Origin: Macrostomum lignano
Lineage: Eukaryota
Assembly: GCA_002269645.1 (NCBI GenBank)
Contig: NIVC01002164.1
Location: 62,001 to 126,000 of the forward strand
Direction of reading: 5' to 3'
Length of the DNA stretch: 64,000 nt
The stretch's first letter is position 1, and every line of letters begins with the position of its first letter. Shown here in pieces: positions 42,167 to 53,500 of the stretch. The notes beneath the pieces are model-generated. The model ran no database searches. It saw only the letters and a list, made by a program, of their open reading frames with translations, and was not told where the DNA came from. The translations under genes were made by a program, and so were the position numbers.

Positions 42167-43583
42167 ATGGCCAGCTTCATCGCCAAACAGCTGGTGGGAA
42201 AACAGATGGAGTCTGTCAAAGGTGAGATGGATAACTGAGCTCCCCAATTCACTCACTGAGTCCGCAACTCACTCACTGAGTCCGCAACTCACTCACTGAG
42301 CTCCCCAAATCACTCACTGAGCTCCCCAACTCACTCACTGAGTTGTCAACTAACTCACTGAGTCCCCAACTCACTCACTGAGTCCGCAACTCACTCACTG
42401 AGCTCCCCAATTCACTCACTGAGTCCCCAACTCACTCACTGAGCTCCCCAACTCACTCACTGAGTCCCCAACTCACTCACTGAGTCCCCAACTCACTCAC
42501 TGAGTCCCCAATTCACTCACTGAGTTCCCAATTCACTCACTGAGTTCCCAATTCACTCACTGAGTCCCCAACTGTCCCCGTGGCAGGCAAGATGACCGGC
42601 GGTGACGAGACGAGCGCGGAGGACGCGGAGCGCCTGGCGGAGCAGCGGGCGGCGATCGCGGAGGCGCTGGCAGAGGAGAAGCGAAAGCGGGAGGAGAAGC
42701 ACCGCAGAATGGAGGCTGAGAGGGAGGAGATGCGGCAGGGGATTCGGGAGAAGGTGAGAGGCGGCAGGTCAGGAGCGGCTGCGGCTCATAGCCAAACCAA
42801 CTCGTGCTCTGATTGGGAAATTCACAGCAACAGGGCTCACTAAGCTGTTTTTAGGGGGAATTATCGAAAAAGGGGAATTATCGGGAAGGGGAATTATCCA
42901 GAAAAAGGGGAATTTTTTAGAAATGAGGAATTATCGGGAAGGGGAATCATCGGGAAGGGGAATTATCGGGAGGGGGGATTATCGGGAAGGGAAATTATCG
43001 GGAAGGGGAATCATCGGGAAGGGGAATCATCGGGAAGGGGAATCATCGGAAAGGGGAATTATCGGGAAGGGAATTATCGGGAAGGGGGAATTATCGGGAA
43101 GGGGGAATTATCGGGAAGGGGAATTATCGGGAAGGGGAATTATCGGGAAGGGGAATTATCGGGAAGGGGGAATTATCAGGAAGGGGAATTATCAGGAGGG
43201 TGGATTATCGTGAAGGAGAATTATTGGGAAGGGGAATTATCGGGAGGGGCAATTCTCTGTGGAAGGGAATTATCATGGAAGATAAAATCTGACAAGAAAA
43301 AATTCAAATATTCCTCGTCCCTCCCGCCGAGCAGTACAACATTCCCAAGAAGGCGGACCCGCAGCATTTCGGCGACGGTGACGAGCACTTTTTCGGCGGC
43401 GCAGCGGGCCGCCTCGGCCGGAAGCGGAAAACGGCAGAGGAGCTGGCGGCCGAGCGGGACCCGGCCGAGGACAACCTGGCCTCCTTCCTGCCCGAGGGCG
43501 TCGTGCGGGACACCGTGCGGTCCGTGGCCGGCGTGCCGCAGAGGGTCCTGGCTGATGCGCAGGACAAGTGCGCGATCCAGTGA
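42167..43583 (+). CDS. cplx: Complexin (synaphin), 156 aa, C-terminal CAAX
   Basis: Exons 42167-42221, 42587-42753 and 43335-43583 (471 nt, phases match): MASFIAKQLVGKQMESVK|GKM...EEKRKREEKHRRMEAEREEMRQGIREK|YNIPKK...GRKRKTAEELAAE...DKCAIQ*. Confidence 0.93.
42235..42572. repeat. 20-bp repeat (CTCACTCACTGAGTCCCCAA)n filling complexin intron 1
   Basis: Directly visible. Confidence 0.93.
42855..43275. repeat. About 17-bp repeat (GGGAATTATCGGGAAG)n in complexin intron 2
   Basis: Directly visible. Confidence 0.9.
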
Positions 43584-43866
43584 CGCTGGCGCTGTTTGAG
43601 TGACGCTGGCGCTATTTGAGTGACGCTAGCGCTATTTGAGTGACGCTGGCGCTATTTGAGTGACGCTGGCGCCAATTGAGTGACGCTGGCGCCAATTGAG
43701 TGACGCTGGCGCCAATTGAGTGACGCTGGCGCCAATTGAGTGACGCTGGCGCCAATTGAGTGACGCTGGCGCCAATTGAGTGACGCTGGCGCCAATTGAG
43801 TGACGCTGGCGCCAATTGAGTGACGCTGGCGCCAATTGAGTGACGCTAGCGCCATTCAGTGACGCT
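43581..43866. repeat. 20-bp repeat (TGACGCTGGCGCCAATTGAG)n beginning at the complexin stop codon
   Basis: About 14 copies; the first TGA is the stop codon. Confidence 0.95.
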
Positions 43867-44364
43867 TTCTCTATGTTTGTTGGGAAAACGCAGAAAATAA
43901 TTTGGAAACGCAACGAGGGGACGGGTCCACCCCAGAAGTCGACAAAGGATATTTCCTCCCTGCTCCAATCGGCAGAATTTTGCAAATTGCACAAATTGCA
44001 TCACCCCAAGGCCAGCTGGCAACTGCAGCAGGTGTGCAAGGAGAAGTGAGCCAACACTCGATAGCGGATAAAATTCTGCTTTGAGTTTGCGTGCTTGCTG
44101 AGGAATTCGCTGCTCAAATAGAAATGGGGGGGGGGCATCGTTCTGTTTGCACCTGCGATAGCAGCTATTGAGTTTCCGTGTTCTCTGTTTCAATTGAGGA
44201 TTTGGGACGGCAGATTCAATTGAGGATGGCAGGTGGCTTCCCTGCCCCTGCTGTGCAAGGGAATTCAGATCGCTTTTCTGAACCGACAGGGAAATGCTTC
44301 TGAGCAGACTGGGGGATTCGGGATCTGTGTTAGGCTGCTTGGGATTTTGAATATTGGATTCTAG

Positions 44365-45151
44365 GTAGGGTGCTCCTCTGAGTTGGGTAGGGTGCTCATA
44401 TGAGTTGGGTAGGGTGCTCATCTGAGTTGGGTAGGATGCTCATCTGAGTTGGGTAGGGTGCTCATCTGAGTTGGATAGGGTGCTCATCTGAGTTGGATAG
44501 GGTGCTCATCTGAGTTGGGTAGGGTGCTCATCTGAGTTGGGTAGGGTGCTCATCTGAGTTGGGTAGGGTGTTCCTCTGAGTTGGGTAGGGTGCTCATCTG
44601 AGTTGGGTAGGGTGTTCCTCTGAGTTGGGTAGGGTGCTCATCTGAGTTGGGTAGGGTGCTCATCTGAGTTGGGTAGGGTGCTCATCTGAGTTGGGTAGGG
44701 TGCTCCTCTGAGTTGGGTAGGGTGCTCATCTGAGTTGGGTAGGGTGCTCATCTGAGTTGGGTAGGGTGCTCATCTGAGTTGGGTAGGGTGCTCATCTGAG
44801 TTGGGTAGGGTGCTCATCTGAGTTGGGTAGGGTGCTCATCTGAGTTGGGTAGGGTGCTCCTCTGAGTTGGGTAGGGTGTTCATCTGAGTTGGGTAGGGTG
44901 CTCATCTGAGTTGGGTAGGGTGTTCCTCTGAGTTGGGTAGGGTGCTCATCTGAGTTGGGTAGGGTGTTCCTCTGAGTTGGGTAGGGTGCTCATCTGAGTT
45001 GGGTAGGGTGCTCATCTGAGGTGGGTAGGGTGCTCATCTGAGTTGGGTAGGGTGCTCATCTGAGTTGGGTAGGGTGCTCATCTGAGTTGGGTAGGGTGCT
45101 CCTCTGAGTTGGGTAGGGTGCTCATCTGAGTTGGGTAGGGTGCTCATCTGA
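44365..45151. repeat. 22-bp G-rich minisatellite (GAGTTGGGTAGGGTGCTCATCT)n
   Basis: 22-bp period (44521 vs 44543), about 35 copies. Confidence 0.97.
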
Positions 45152-45959
45152 GTGCAATTGAAACTTATAAAATGTGATTACATTTATAAGAAAAAATTAT
45201 TCAATTCATTTTGTGCACCCAGAAAAACTGAATCGTTTGTACCTTTTGTGTATTTTTCCCGTCAATGTCAGACCATCCCCTCAGACTTAACGCACTGTGA
45301 GCAGCTCCCAGCTTTACCTTCCCCATCATCATCACATTTGCTATTATCTGTCTCGTGCTACTTTCCATTTGCACTTCTCCGTATGCTGATACAGCAGCCT
45401 GCAGTCCCTGAGTTTGAAATTCGTTTTCAGCTCATATATGCTTAAGCATTAAAATATAAAGCAAGGTCACAAGTGAAGGTCAAATAGAGTAATATATTAA
45501 TTTAATCCTTTTTGCTTCTTTTTTTAATTCAAAATTCTCAATCTGGGATTATACGGGGCTCAAGGCTGGAAAAGGAGGATTGCGGCTGTCTGGCCGACCC
45601 TGCGCAGCCCCTGTTGCTGCCGCCGGCTCTGGACAGAAGTGCCGAGAGCTCGCTTGGATATCTCCTTATCTAGTTCATCAGTCTGATTGATTGGGACTTC
45701 TTTGTTTCTGGCCCGCTCACTCTGAGCATCACCTCTTTCTGTCACTAAATTTGATGAAGCGGCGACGGGGGGGGGGGTCGGGCAGCCACGTGATTCGCAG
45801 ATTATATCGGCTTTATCAGAGCGCCATCAGCCCATTAATTACTCCGGTAAGGCCTAAGTGCAAGATGCTGAATGAGATTGAGGCTAAACAACTGTAGTCA
45901 CGAGTCGCCAATGCTCATTTTCTAGCTAATTGAATGTTAGGACACTTTGCACTTTTGTG

Positions 45960-46510
45960 CTATTCAGTCAGTGCCGAACTTGCTACTGAAAGTAGGCAAC
46001 TGCGATCGGGGCGTGTTCGCAGGAGATATGAAATCTCCTGCGAAAGGGAGTTCCGGTGGTGTCCGCAGTGCGGTCCCCCTCCGGAGAGTCCAGGAGGTGG
46101 ATGGTCGCTCGCCCAGTAGCCCTTAGGTAGCGGACGGACGAGCTGGCAGAGATTCTCGGACATGAAAACGTCGGAGAGGTCCGGGTTTGTGCCGAGGGAG
46201 GTGAGCCTGTCCTGAGTAAAGGCGATGATGAAGGTGAAGATTCACAGATGAAGTGCTCCGCATTCTCGACACCAGAGAGGCAGAATGGGCATTCCTCGCT
46301 ACGGATTTTTCCCTGGAGGTGACGATGCCTGGCAAAGCAGCCATCTACCGAGAGGGCCATGGTCACCGCCCTGATGTCCCTGCGGTAGAGTTCAAGCAGT
46401 GCCCGTTGCTGATGTCACCACAGGCTTGCCTGGGGCAGTCTTTCGTTCTGAGGACTGTCCTGTAGTCCGAGGCGGCGCTGCTCCATGTGGTGACGCCGAG
46501 ACCTGGACGC
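45960..46510 (-). mobile_element. 3' fragment of a non-LTR retrotransposon (post-RNase H CCHC-type tail, R1/LOA/I-like), decayed
   Basis: The minus strand reads LLELYRRDIRAVTMALS(VD)GCFARH...EECPFCLSGVENAEHFIC. This resembles the LLxLxRxxLRxxTxxLTGH...CxxC..E..EHxxxxC C-terminus of LINE ORF2. Confidence 0.7.
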
Positions 46511-47549
46511 GCACTCAAACACAAGCTTTTTTTCGCAGCCATAAGCTACATTGAAGCAGGGCTGATTTCCCTGTTCTGAGCAGCCTGTCTGAAAGATGCG
46601 ACTCGAGTCTTAAAAAACCAAGAAAGTCATTGTGACATCGAAGCAGTATTCAATAATGTATATTTAATAAACTGATAGATAGAGACGGATAGACGGATTT
46701 GAAAAGGCCAAAATGTGTAAGAGCGCAGAGTTGGGAGACAGGGTGGGTGCCACAGCAAACGGGTTCAGTGGGTCCTACTGCAATCATAAGTAGCAGGGTA
46801 GTCAGTAGCTCACACAGCGAAACCATGCGCGGGAGATACTACTACTGCCATACTAGTAGTACAATAGCAGGCCAGAAGAGAGAGTTAATATGATATTTCA
46901 ATTTGAATCGGCTGTACAAGTGCTCCATCGGATATGTAAAAATCACCCAATTTAGCTATTACGGAAAAATTGTTGAAAAATATCAATCAATAAATCAATA
47001 AAAATATCGATAAAAATCTGCTAATTAGATATTAAAATCGGAGGCGATTATTAAAAACAATCAATACGGATTAAAACAAGAAAAACTTTGCTTATTTTCT
47101 CAAGCCCATCTCAGCCAGAAGATGAATCAGGCAGGCAGCGGGGATTCTGTGCGCGGGGAGTCAATCAGAAACAAAATATTTCAATTAATTTGAGTTTAAA
47201 TTTGCATAAGTATCGTGTTTTGGCATTTGATTAAGCAAAAATAATAGGCACATAAAAAGACAGTTGTGATTTCTCTTGCACTCAGCAAAATAACTACGAC
47301 CGTAAACATTCTAACAAAGTTTAGTAAAGCTTCATTCGTATCAAAAATCCTGGTTTTGCTTAGCTTTTGCAATCTAGGAAAAATGTCCAGCTCTACTTTA
47401 GATGCTAGATATTTGTCAAAACTATTCAAAATCGATTTGTCATAAACACCAAATCAGAAATAGGCACGGATTTAAAATTAAGAATTTGCATGCTTGCGCT
47501 GCAAAAGTTGCTCAAGTCTACAGCAGTGCACAGACGAAGCTCTCGGGTC

Positions 47550-50500
47550 TCAGCGCCTCTCCGGCCGGATGAAGCCCTTGTTGGTGGTGGACGCGTACAG
47601 CAGGTCATCGCGCGATATCTCGTTGAAGCTGAGCACCCGGTGGCCCTCCTCGTTGTAGAAGCAGACGGCCGGATTGCGCAGCTTCAGTCGCTTGGTGGCG
47701 GCCGCCAGCAGGGCCTCCAGCGAGTCGCCAAAGACGCTCTCCGGCTCGCCGACCGCTCGCCCGTTCTCGAAGACGCGGACGCGCCGACTGTCGTAGATCG
47801 GCACCAGCGGTGGCGACGGCTTCGCGTTGGCGCCGTGCAGCGGCGGCCCGAACGGGTCCACGCCGACCAGGGGGTGGCTGCGCGCCTGCACGTGGAAGTT
47901 GGTGGCGCCGGGGCCGTACTGGCGCTTGGCGCGGCCCCAGTTGGCTTTGATCTCCACGGTCTCCAGCGCCGACCCGGGTGGCTGGAAGGGCTCGCCGCTG
48001 GACACGCAAAGTAGCTGGTCCCGGCTCAGCTGCCCGATGTCGTGTACGTCTTTGCCGTCGAGGCAGAAGAGAATCTTGGCCGGCTTTCGCAAGCCCAGTC
48101 GAGTTGTCGCCGTGTCCAGAACCTGGTGGATGGTCTCAGCCCAGACTGTCGTTGCCGTCTTCGGATCCTCGCCGTTGACAAACACGCGCAGCCGGAGCAT
48201 GCTGGACTGTCGGTACAGCTGCCTGTCGAAGTCGAACGCGGGACGGCGTGGCTGAGACTGCTTGGCTGCGTGCTTCTCCCGGATCTTCGCCTCCTTGCCC
48301 TCCAGCTCGCTTATCTCGCGTTCAACCATCACTTCCTCGCCTTTGGGCGTCTGCCAGCCGCCCTCAACGACTACCGGGTTCTGGGGGTCGGTGGTTGACC
48401 GAAACGTGCCCGGCTCCTGGGCCTGCAGTCGGCGGCCCTGCATCATCTTGAGTATGTGCTTGTCGGCATCCTTGCTGTTGAGAACCTGGCGCAGGTCCTT
48501 GCGTTGTTGAGCCATCTTGCGGAATTCTCTGTGAGCCTGGTGCAGCGGCACGAAGGCCTCTCCAGTGGAGGCCCAGAGCTCGACGACAACTTCATGTGGG
48601 TCTGGCGCTGGTTGCTCGTCCTTCAGCACCGCGGATTCGGCCTGAAGCGACTCTGCAGCATCTGCTGCTGGATCAGCGCCGGCCTCCTCCGCTGTATTAG
48701 AGTCAGCAGGGGCAGCCGCCTCGCTTGGCATCGCCTGAGCTTCTCTCAACTCGCCAGCATCTCCGCTTTCGTCATCATTGTCCACCTCGATGTCGATGGA
48801 CACGGTGATGCTGATCTCCACGTGCAACGACGCGTGGGTTCTCTGGCCCTTCGGCTTCGCGGCCGACTTTTTGTACCAGGCGTAGTCGGCCGCGATCTTG
48901 GTGGAGTTGACGAACTCCTCGTGCTCCTCGCGGACCAGCGTGTCCAGGGGAACGTAGCTCGTGGCCAGCACCGTCTCCTCCGGCATTCGGACCAGGTCGA
49001 ACTTCATCAGGCTGAACTTCTCCTTAAAGAACCGGCGCAGAATCGGCAGCTCTGATTTGAGTTGAATCTCGCGCTTCTCGCCCTCGAACGCTTCCTCGTT
49101 GATGAACGGGTCTGTGCAAATCGTCTGACCGAAGATGCTGTACCGCACAATCATTTCGGTGTCCCCCGAGTCGAGTCTCTCCTGCGGTAGGATCTCGTCC
49201 AGGAAGTTAATGGAGTAGAGACTAATGGACATTGTGTAGGCAGTTGGCGTTGTAAAGTTTGAGCCAATCACGAAATATTTCTGCTTGAGTCTGGGCTCCA
49301 AACTGTCGCGTCTACTGATGACAGACTTCTCGGGACTGCGGGGCGAATTCTCTGGTGTTGGGTCGACCTTAGGAGTCCCTGACTTTTCCACCTCGTCTCG
49401 AATTTCGTCCATCTCCGGCTGCAGGCGGCCTTCTTCGATTTCCTTCTGCCGCCTACGCACCTGCTCAGCGTGAGTGGCGCACCAGCTGCGCAGGTCGTCC
49501 AAGTCCAGCACCGGGGTTCCGTCTTCCAGGTAGAGCTTGCGCACCGCCCAGGAAATGCGCAGCTTTGAAGCGCACTGGTCCATGATGCCCTGCAGGCTGG
49601 TGCCGTAGACCGGCACGGGCTTGCACAGCCGGCCTTCGCCGTTGCGATAAGCCAGGACGCGGATCGGCCGAGGAGTTTGTGCTTCGGACAGGCGGTTAGA
49701 AATGGCCTTGACCGACAGCTTGTTCCGCTGCACCTGGATCTCATCCTCCCAGCGCTTCAGCGTGGCCTTGTCCTCTCCTTCAGCCAGGTCAATCTTATCG
49801 TTGAGTACTGCAAAGGAGCCACGCTCCTTCAGTCCGAGCTCGTTGGCCCTGCCAAACGCGCAGGCAAAGTCCGTCCGGGCGCCCGGGGCGATCTTTTGGA
49901 GCTTGTACTTTCCGCGGAGAGACTTGGCACAGGAGACGCACACTGAGCATTTCTTAACTCGTGACTCCTGTTGCCTGGTCTCCAGGTAGGCTATGTAACC
50001 CGGCTGATCGAGGCTCTCGCCCTTAACGGTGCTCACATAGTAGGTGCAGCAGCCAGACTGGTTCGCCGAGGTAACGGCGACGTCCAAAGCGCTTGTCGCA
50101 AAGCAGCAGATGGTCGACCGCTGGCTGTCAACGGAGAACAGCTGGTGAGCCCGACCGAACTGATATGCCTTCAGCGGCTGCACAGTCAGCATGGAAGACT
50201 CGATGTCGACTGTCTCAGATGAGAATCGTGTCACAGTGGGCAGCTTGACTGTGAGAACATTACCTGGCCGGTACTTCAGAGCGATTGAGCCGTTGTTATT
50301 CAGCTGCCAGCGCTGGAATAAATTGTCTGGCGCCCGCTTTTCCAGTGACACTTCAAGGACGCGAGCGTCTGGGCTGGCAGCGGCAGTCAGGACGAGATTG
50401 GAATTTTCTCTAGCCGAGATGAACCCGTCTTCCAGAACAAACTGCTTCAGACTCAAACTCTTGTTTTGACGATGTTTTTTCGCCGGCGCCGGGTCTGGCG

Positions 50501-53500
50501 CCTGCCGTTCAGCGCTATCATCAGCGCTTTGATCCAAGTCGTTGTTCACAATTCTCTCCCACGGCCACTTCAGACCGTCGCGTCTCACCTTCTCAGCGTC
50601 ACTGCGGCGGCAGGCCCGCTGGTGAGCAGTGAGTCCTTCGTCCTCCTCTTCATCCTCATCCTCGTTGCTGGAATCAAAGTTCGCATCTGGCGGGCTCTCC
50701 GACTCTTGGAGCTGCTTCGCGCGGCGCTCTCGCTTGGTCAGCAGGTCCCGGGACACGCCGAGCTTCGAGCCGGCGGTCAAACTTTCGGCTGTGATCACCA
50801 GTGCCGCAGTTTGCTTCAAGGCCACGAAGCTGCGAATCTTGTCAACATCTTCAGCTAGCTTGACGAGCATCGATCGGGCTTCCAGCTGCTGCTTCGAGTA
50901 CTTCGGATCCGACCACGGCTCGCCAACGGAGACGTACAGTTTTTGGTCTTTTTCAAGCTTCTCCAATGATTCGTGCTCAATTCCATTCTCATCGAACAGT
51001 CGCCTTGCCGCAGAGGACAGGCCGAGGAGGTTGGTGCAGCACTCCAGGAAGATCTTGAACTCCACCTGCTGCACAGTCATCTCTGAGCAATGGGGAACGT
51101 GAATGTAGTCATCAACTACAAATGAATCCGTCTCTTCCTGACTGCTTGCTGCCTGATGCTTCCGGCTACCCTTTTTCTTGCCCTGCTTCTTCTGCTTCTT
51201 CATGTTGGTCATGTCCGGGGCTGTGACGAACACGCCGAACTGCTCCTTTCTCTCGCCGTTTTTCAAGCAAAAGAATCGTTTTGGGCTCTCAGTCTCTGGC
51301 TTGAACTCTTTGAGCGGAGGAGCGAAAGCCAGCATGTGGCACTCCAGCGGCCAGTCAAGATCCTCAATCAGGTCACCATTCTTGTCAGTTGGCCAGAGTA
51401 GAGCCAGTTTGCTCCATTTGGGATCCTTGTGCTTTTCAGACTTCTCATTGCCCTCGCCGGCCTTCCTCCAGGTGCTAAAGTTTTCGAACTTGCTAAGGCG
51501 CAGGCCGAATCGTTGGTACTTATCCAGCTGCTCCCGCAACTTGCCGCTCACATCGTCACGTGACGAAAGGGGCTCACAGGCGGCTAGCATGTTGCGATAG
51601 TTCAAGCTGGATTCATACAGCTCATTCTTGGGCCTTGTGTGGGGTTCGTCCAACAAGCCACCCAGGTACGTAAGCACAAAACCTGGCTCCATCTGGGAGT
51701 AAATCAGTCCATCTCTGCCGAACTCCCACTTTTGCGCGGCCGGAACTCGGTCTTCTTCCAGAGGAGTGAACTGAACGAGCCGGCCTCTCATGGTCGCACC
51801 CTGCAAGTCGGTCTGAATCTCTGCATCGACCAAGGTCAGAGCGATTTTGAAATTCTTCAGGGTAATCTGGCCACTCTTGTGCACAACCCAGATCTGAGAA
51901 ACGCCCGCTCGAGGCCACACCGGCCACACGTGCTTCGCCTTGTCGCCACCGTCACCAGCGTTTGGAGCCTCTTTTGGCTGTCGCTGCGTCCCAACTACGG
52001 GCTCCACGAACAGGCAGAGTTGCCTATTCTTTGAGTTCGTCAGGAAGCAACCATCGTCTGGCACAGATTCCTCTGGTAGCTTCTCCTCTTCCTGAGGCTC
52101 TTCCTCCTCTTCGTTCCTCGGCTCCGGCTCGGGCAGAAGGTGCTGCTCGATGTTGTCTGGAACGCCGAGCTGCGCTCGCCAGGTTGTCTTCTCATCGATC
52201 TGCGGCATCTCGGATCGAACGATGGCAAACCTGCGGTCTCCTTTCTTCCACTCGGTCACCTTGCTGATCTCGGCCTGTAGGCAGTAGGTGAACGGGTCAA
52301 TCCAGTCTTCGCCGTGAGAAATCCAGATTTGTTGCTCCTGCTCAATTGTCATGGCATCCGTGATCTCAGTTCCAGTCTTAGTGAACACCCGCCGAACAAG
52401 AATGCCCTTTGACTTGCTGCTCTTGTGGGCTAGCAGAGAATTAGCTGATAAGCTGTCCAGAAAGCGTTGAAAAATTATCTGCCTGCGGTTTTTGTCTTTC
52501 TTAAGACCACGCGACGCCTCGTGAATGTTAAAGAATGCGTTGACAGGATTGGAGTCCGTGCCATTCATGAACACGATCACTCGAAGACCTGGGCTGCCAG
52601 ACACCAGAGAGTGGTTCTCTGGAAGAGCCCTAATGTGCTTCATTGTAAATTTGCTTCCCTCTTCTTGCTCATTTTTTGCTTCTGGCTCAACGTACTCGAG
52701 CATGAGCTCGTGATTCTCCAGGAAAGCATTGTACTGCCTGATCTTGTCGCCCTCTTTGTCCAACTCCGACTGAATTTCGTCGTCGGTCATCGACAGAATC
52801 TTTTTATCGGTCAGCTTCTTGTCCTTAGCCAGAGACTCTCTGTCATCCGAGTTGTAGACCAATTTGAGCTGGCTTCGATAGTCTCGGGACAATTTCCTCT
52901 TTTGTTTTACGAATCGAATAACGTCCCGGAGGTATTCCTCGACTCCCATTGGGCTGATGTCCTCGCCCTTGCTGGCCCACACAGGTCCCAAAAGGGGAGT
53001 GCCATGAGAATTATTCAGCAGAGGATCAATTTCAGGAATGTCTGCCTCAATATTCTCTACTTCAACTCCATCATTTAAAAGAATTCGCTTGATGTGCTGA
53101 CCAAAGTTGAACTTCAGCGTACAGTTGTACTTGAGTTCGTCAAGATTCGAAACATTGGCTAGTATTTCGATTCCGTTGATTCCTTTTCCATTAGGAAAGA
53201 TGAGTATTCTCCTGCGAGTCGCCTGTTCACTCAAGCCGCGTGGGGTCGACACGGGTCTGGTTGCTTCTCTCTCCCTGTCACTGGGCAGATTGATGCCGTT
53301 CAGAGTCCATTGGACATCAGCTCCCAAATTGAGTCTCTTCTCTAGTAGTTTTGCTGGGTCTTTAAAAGCTTCGCCAACGGAGACATATATTTCAGTTCCT
53401 CTTGGAATTGTTGCAGTTCTCGGAACTTCTTTTCCAGAACTCAAGAACAGCTTCCTAGCAGCACTAGATAATCTGAGCTTTTTGGTACACTGTTCAAGCA

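Noticed and set aside
44365-45151. Telomeric repeat
   Set aside because: The unit is 22 bp and only contains a GGGTAGGG core; it is not (TTAGGG)n.
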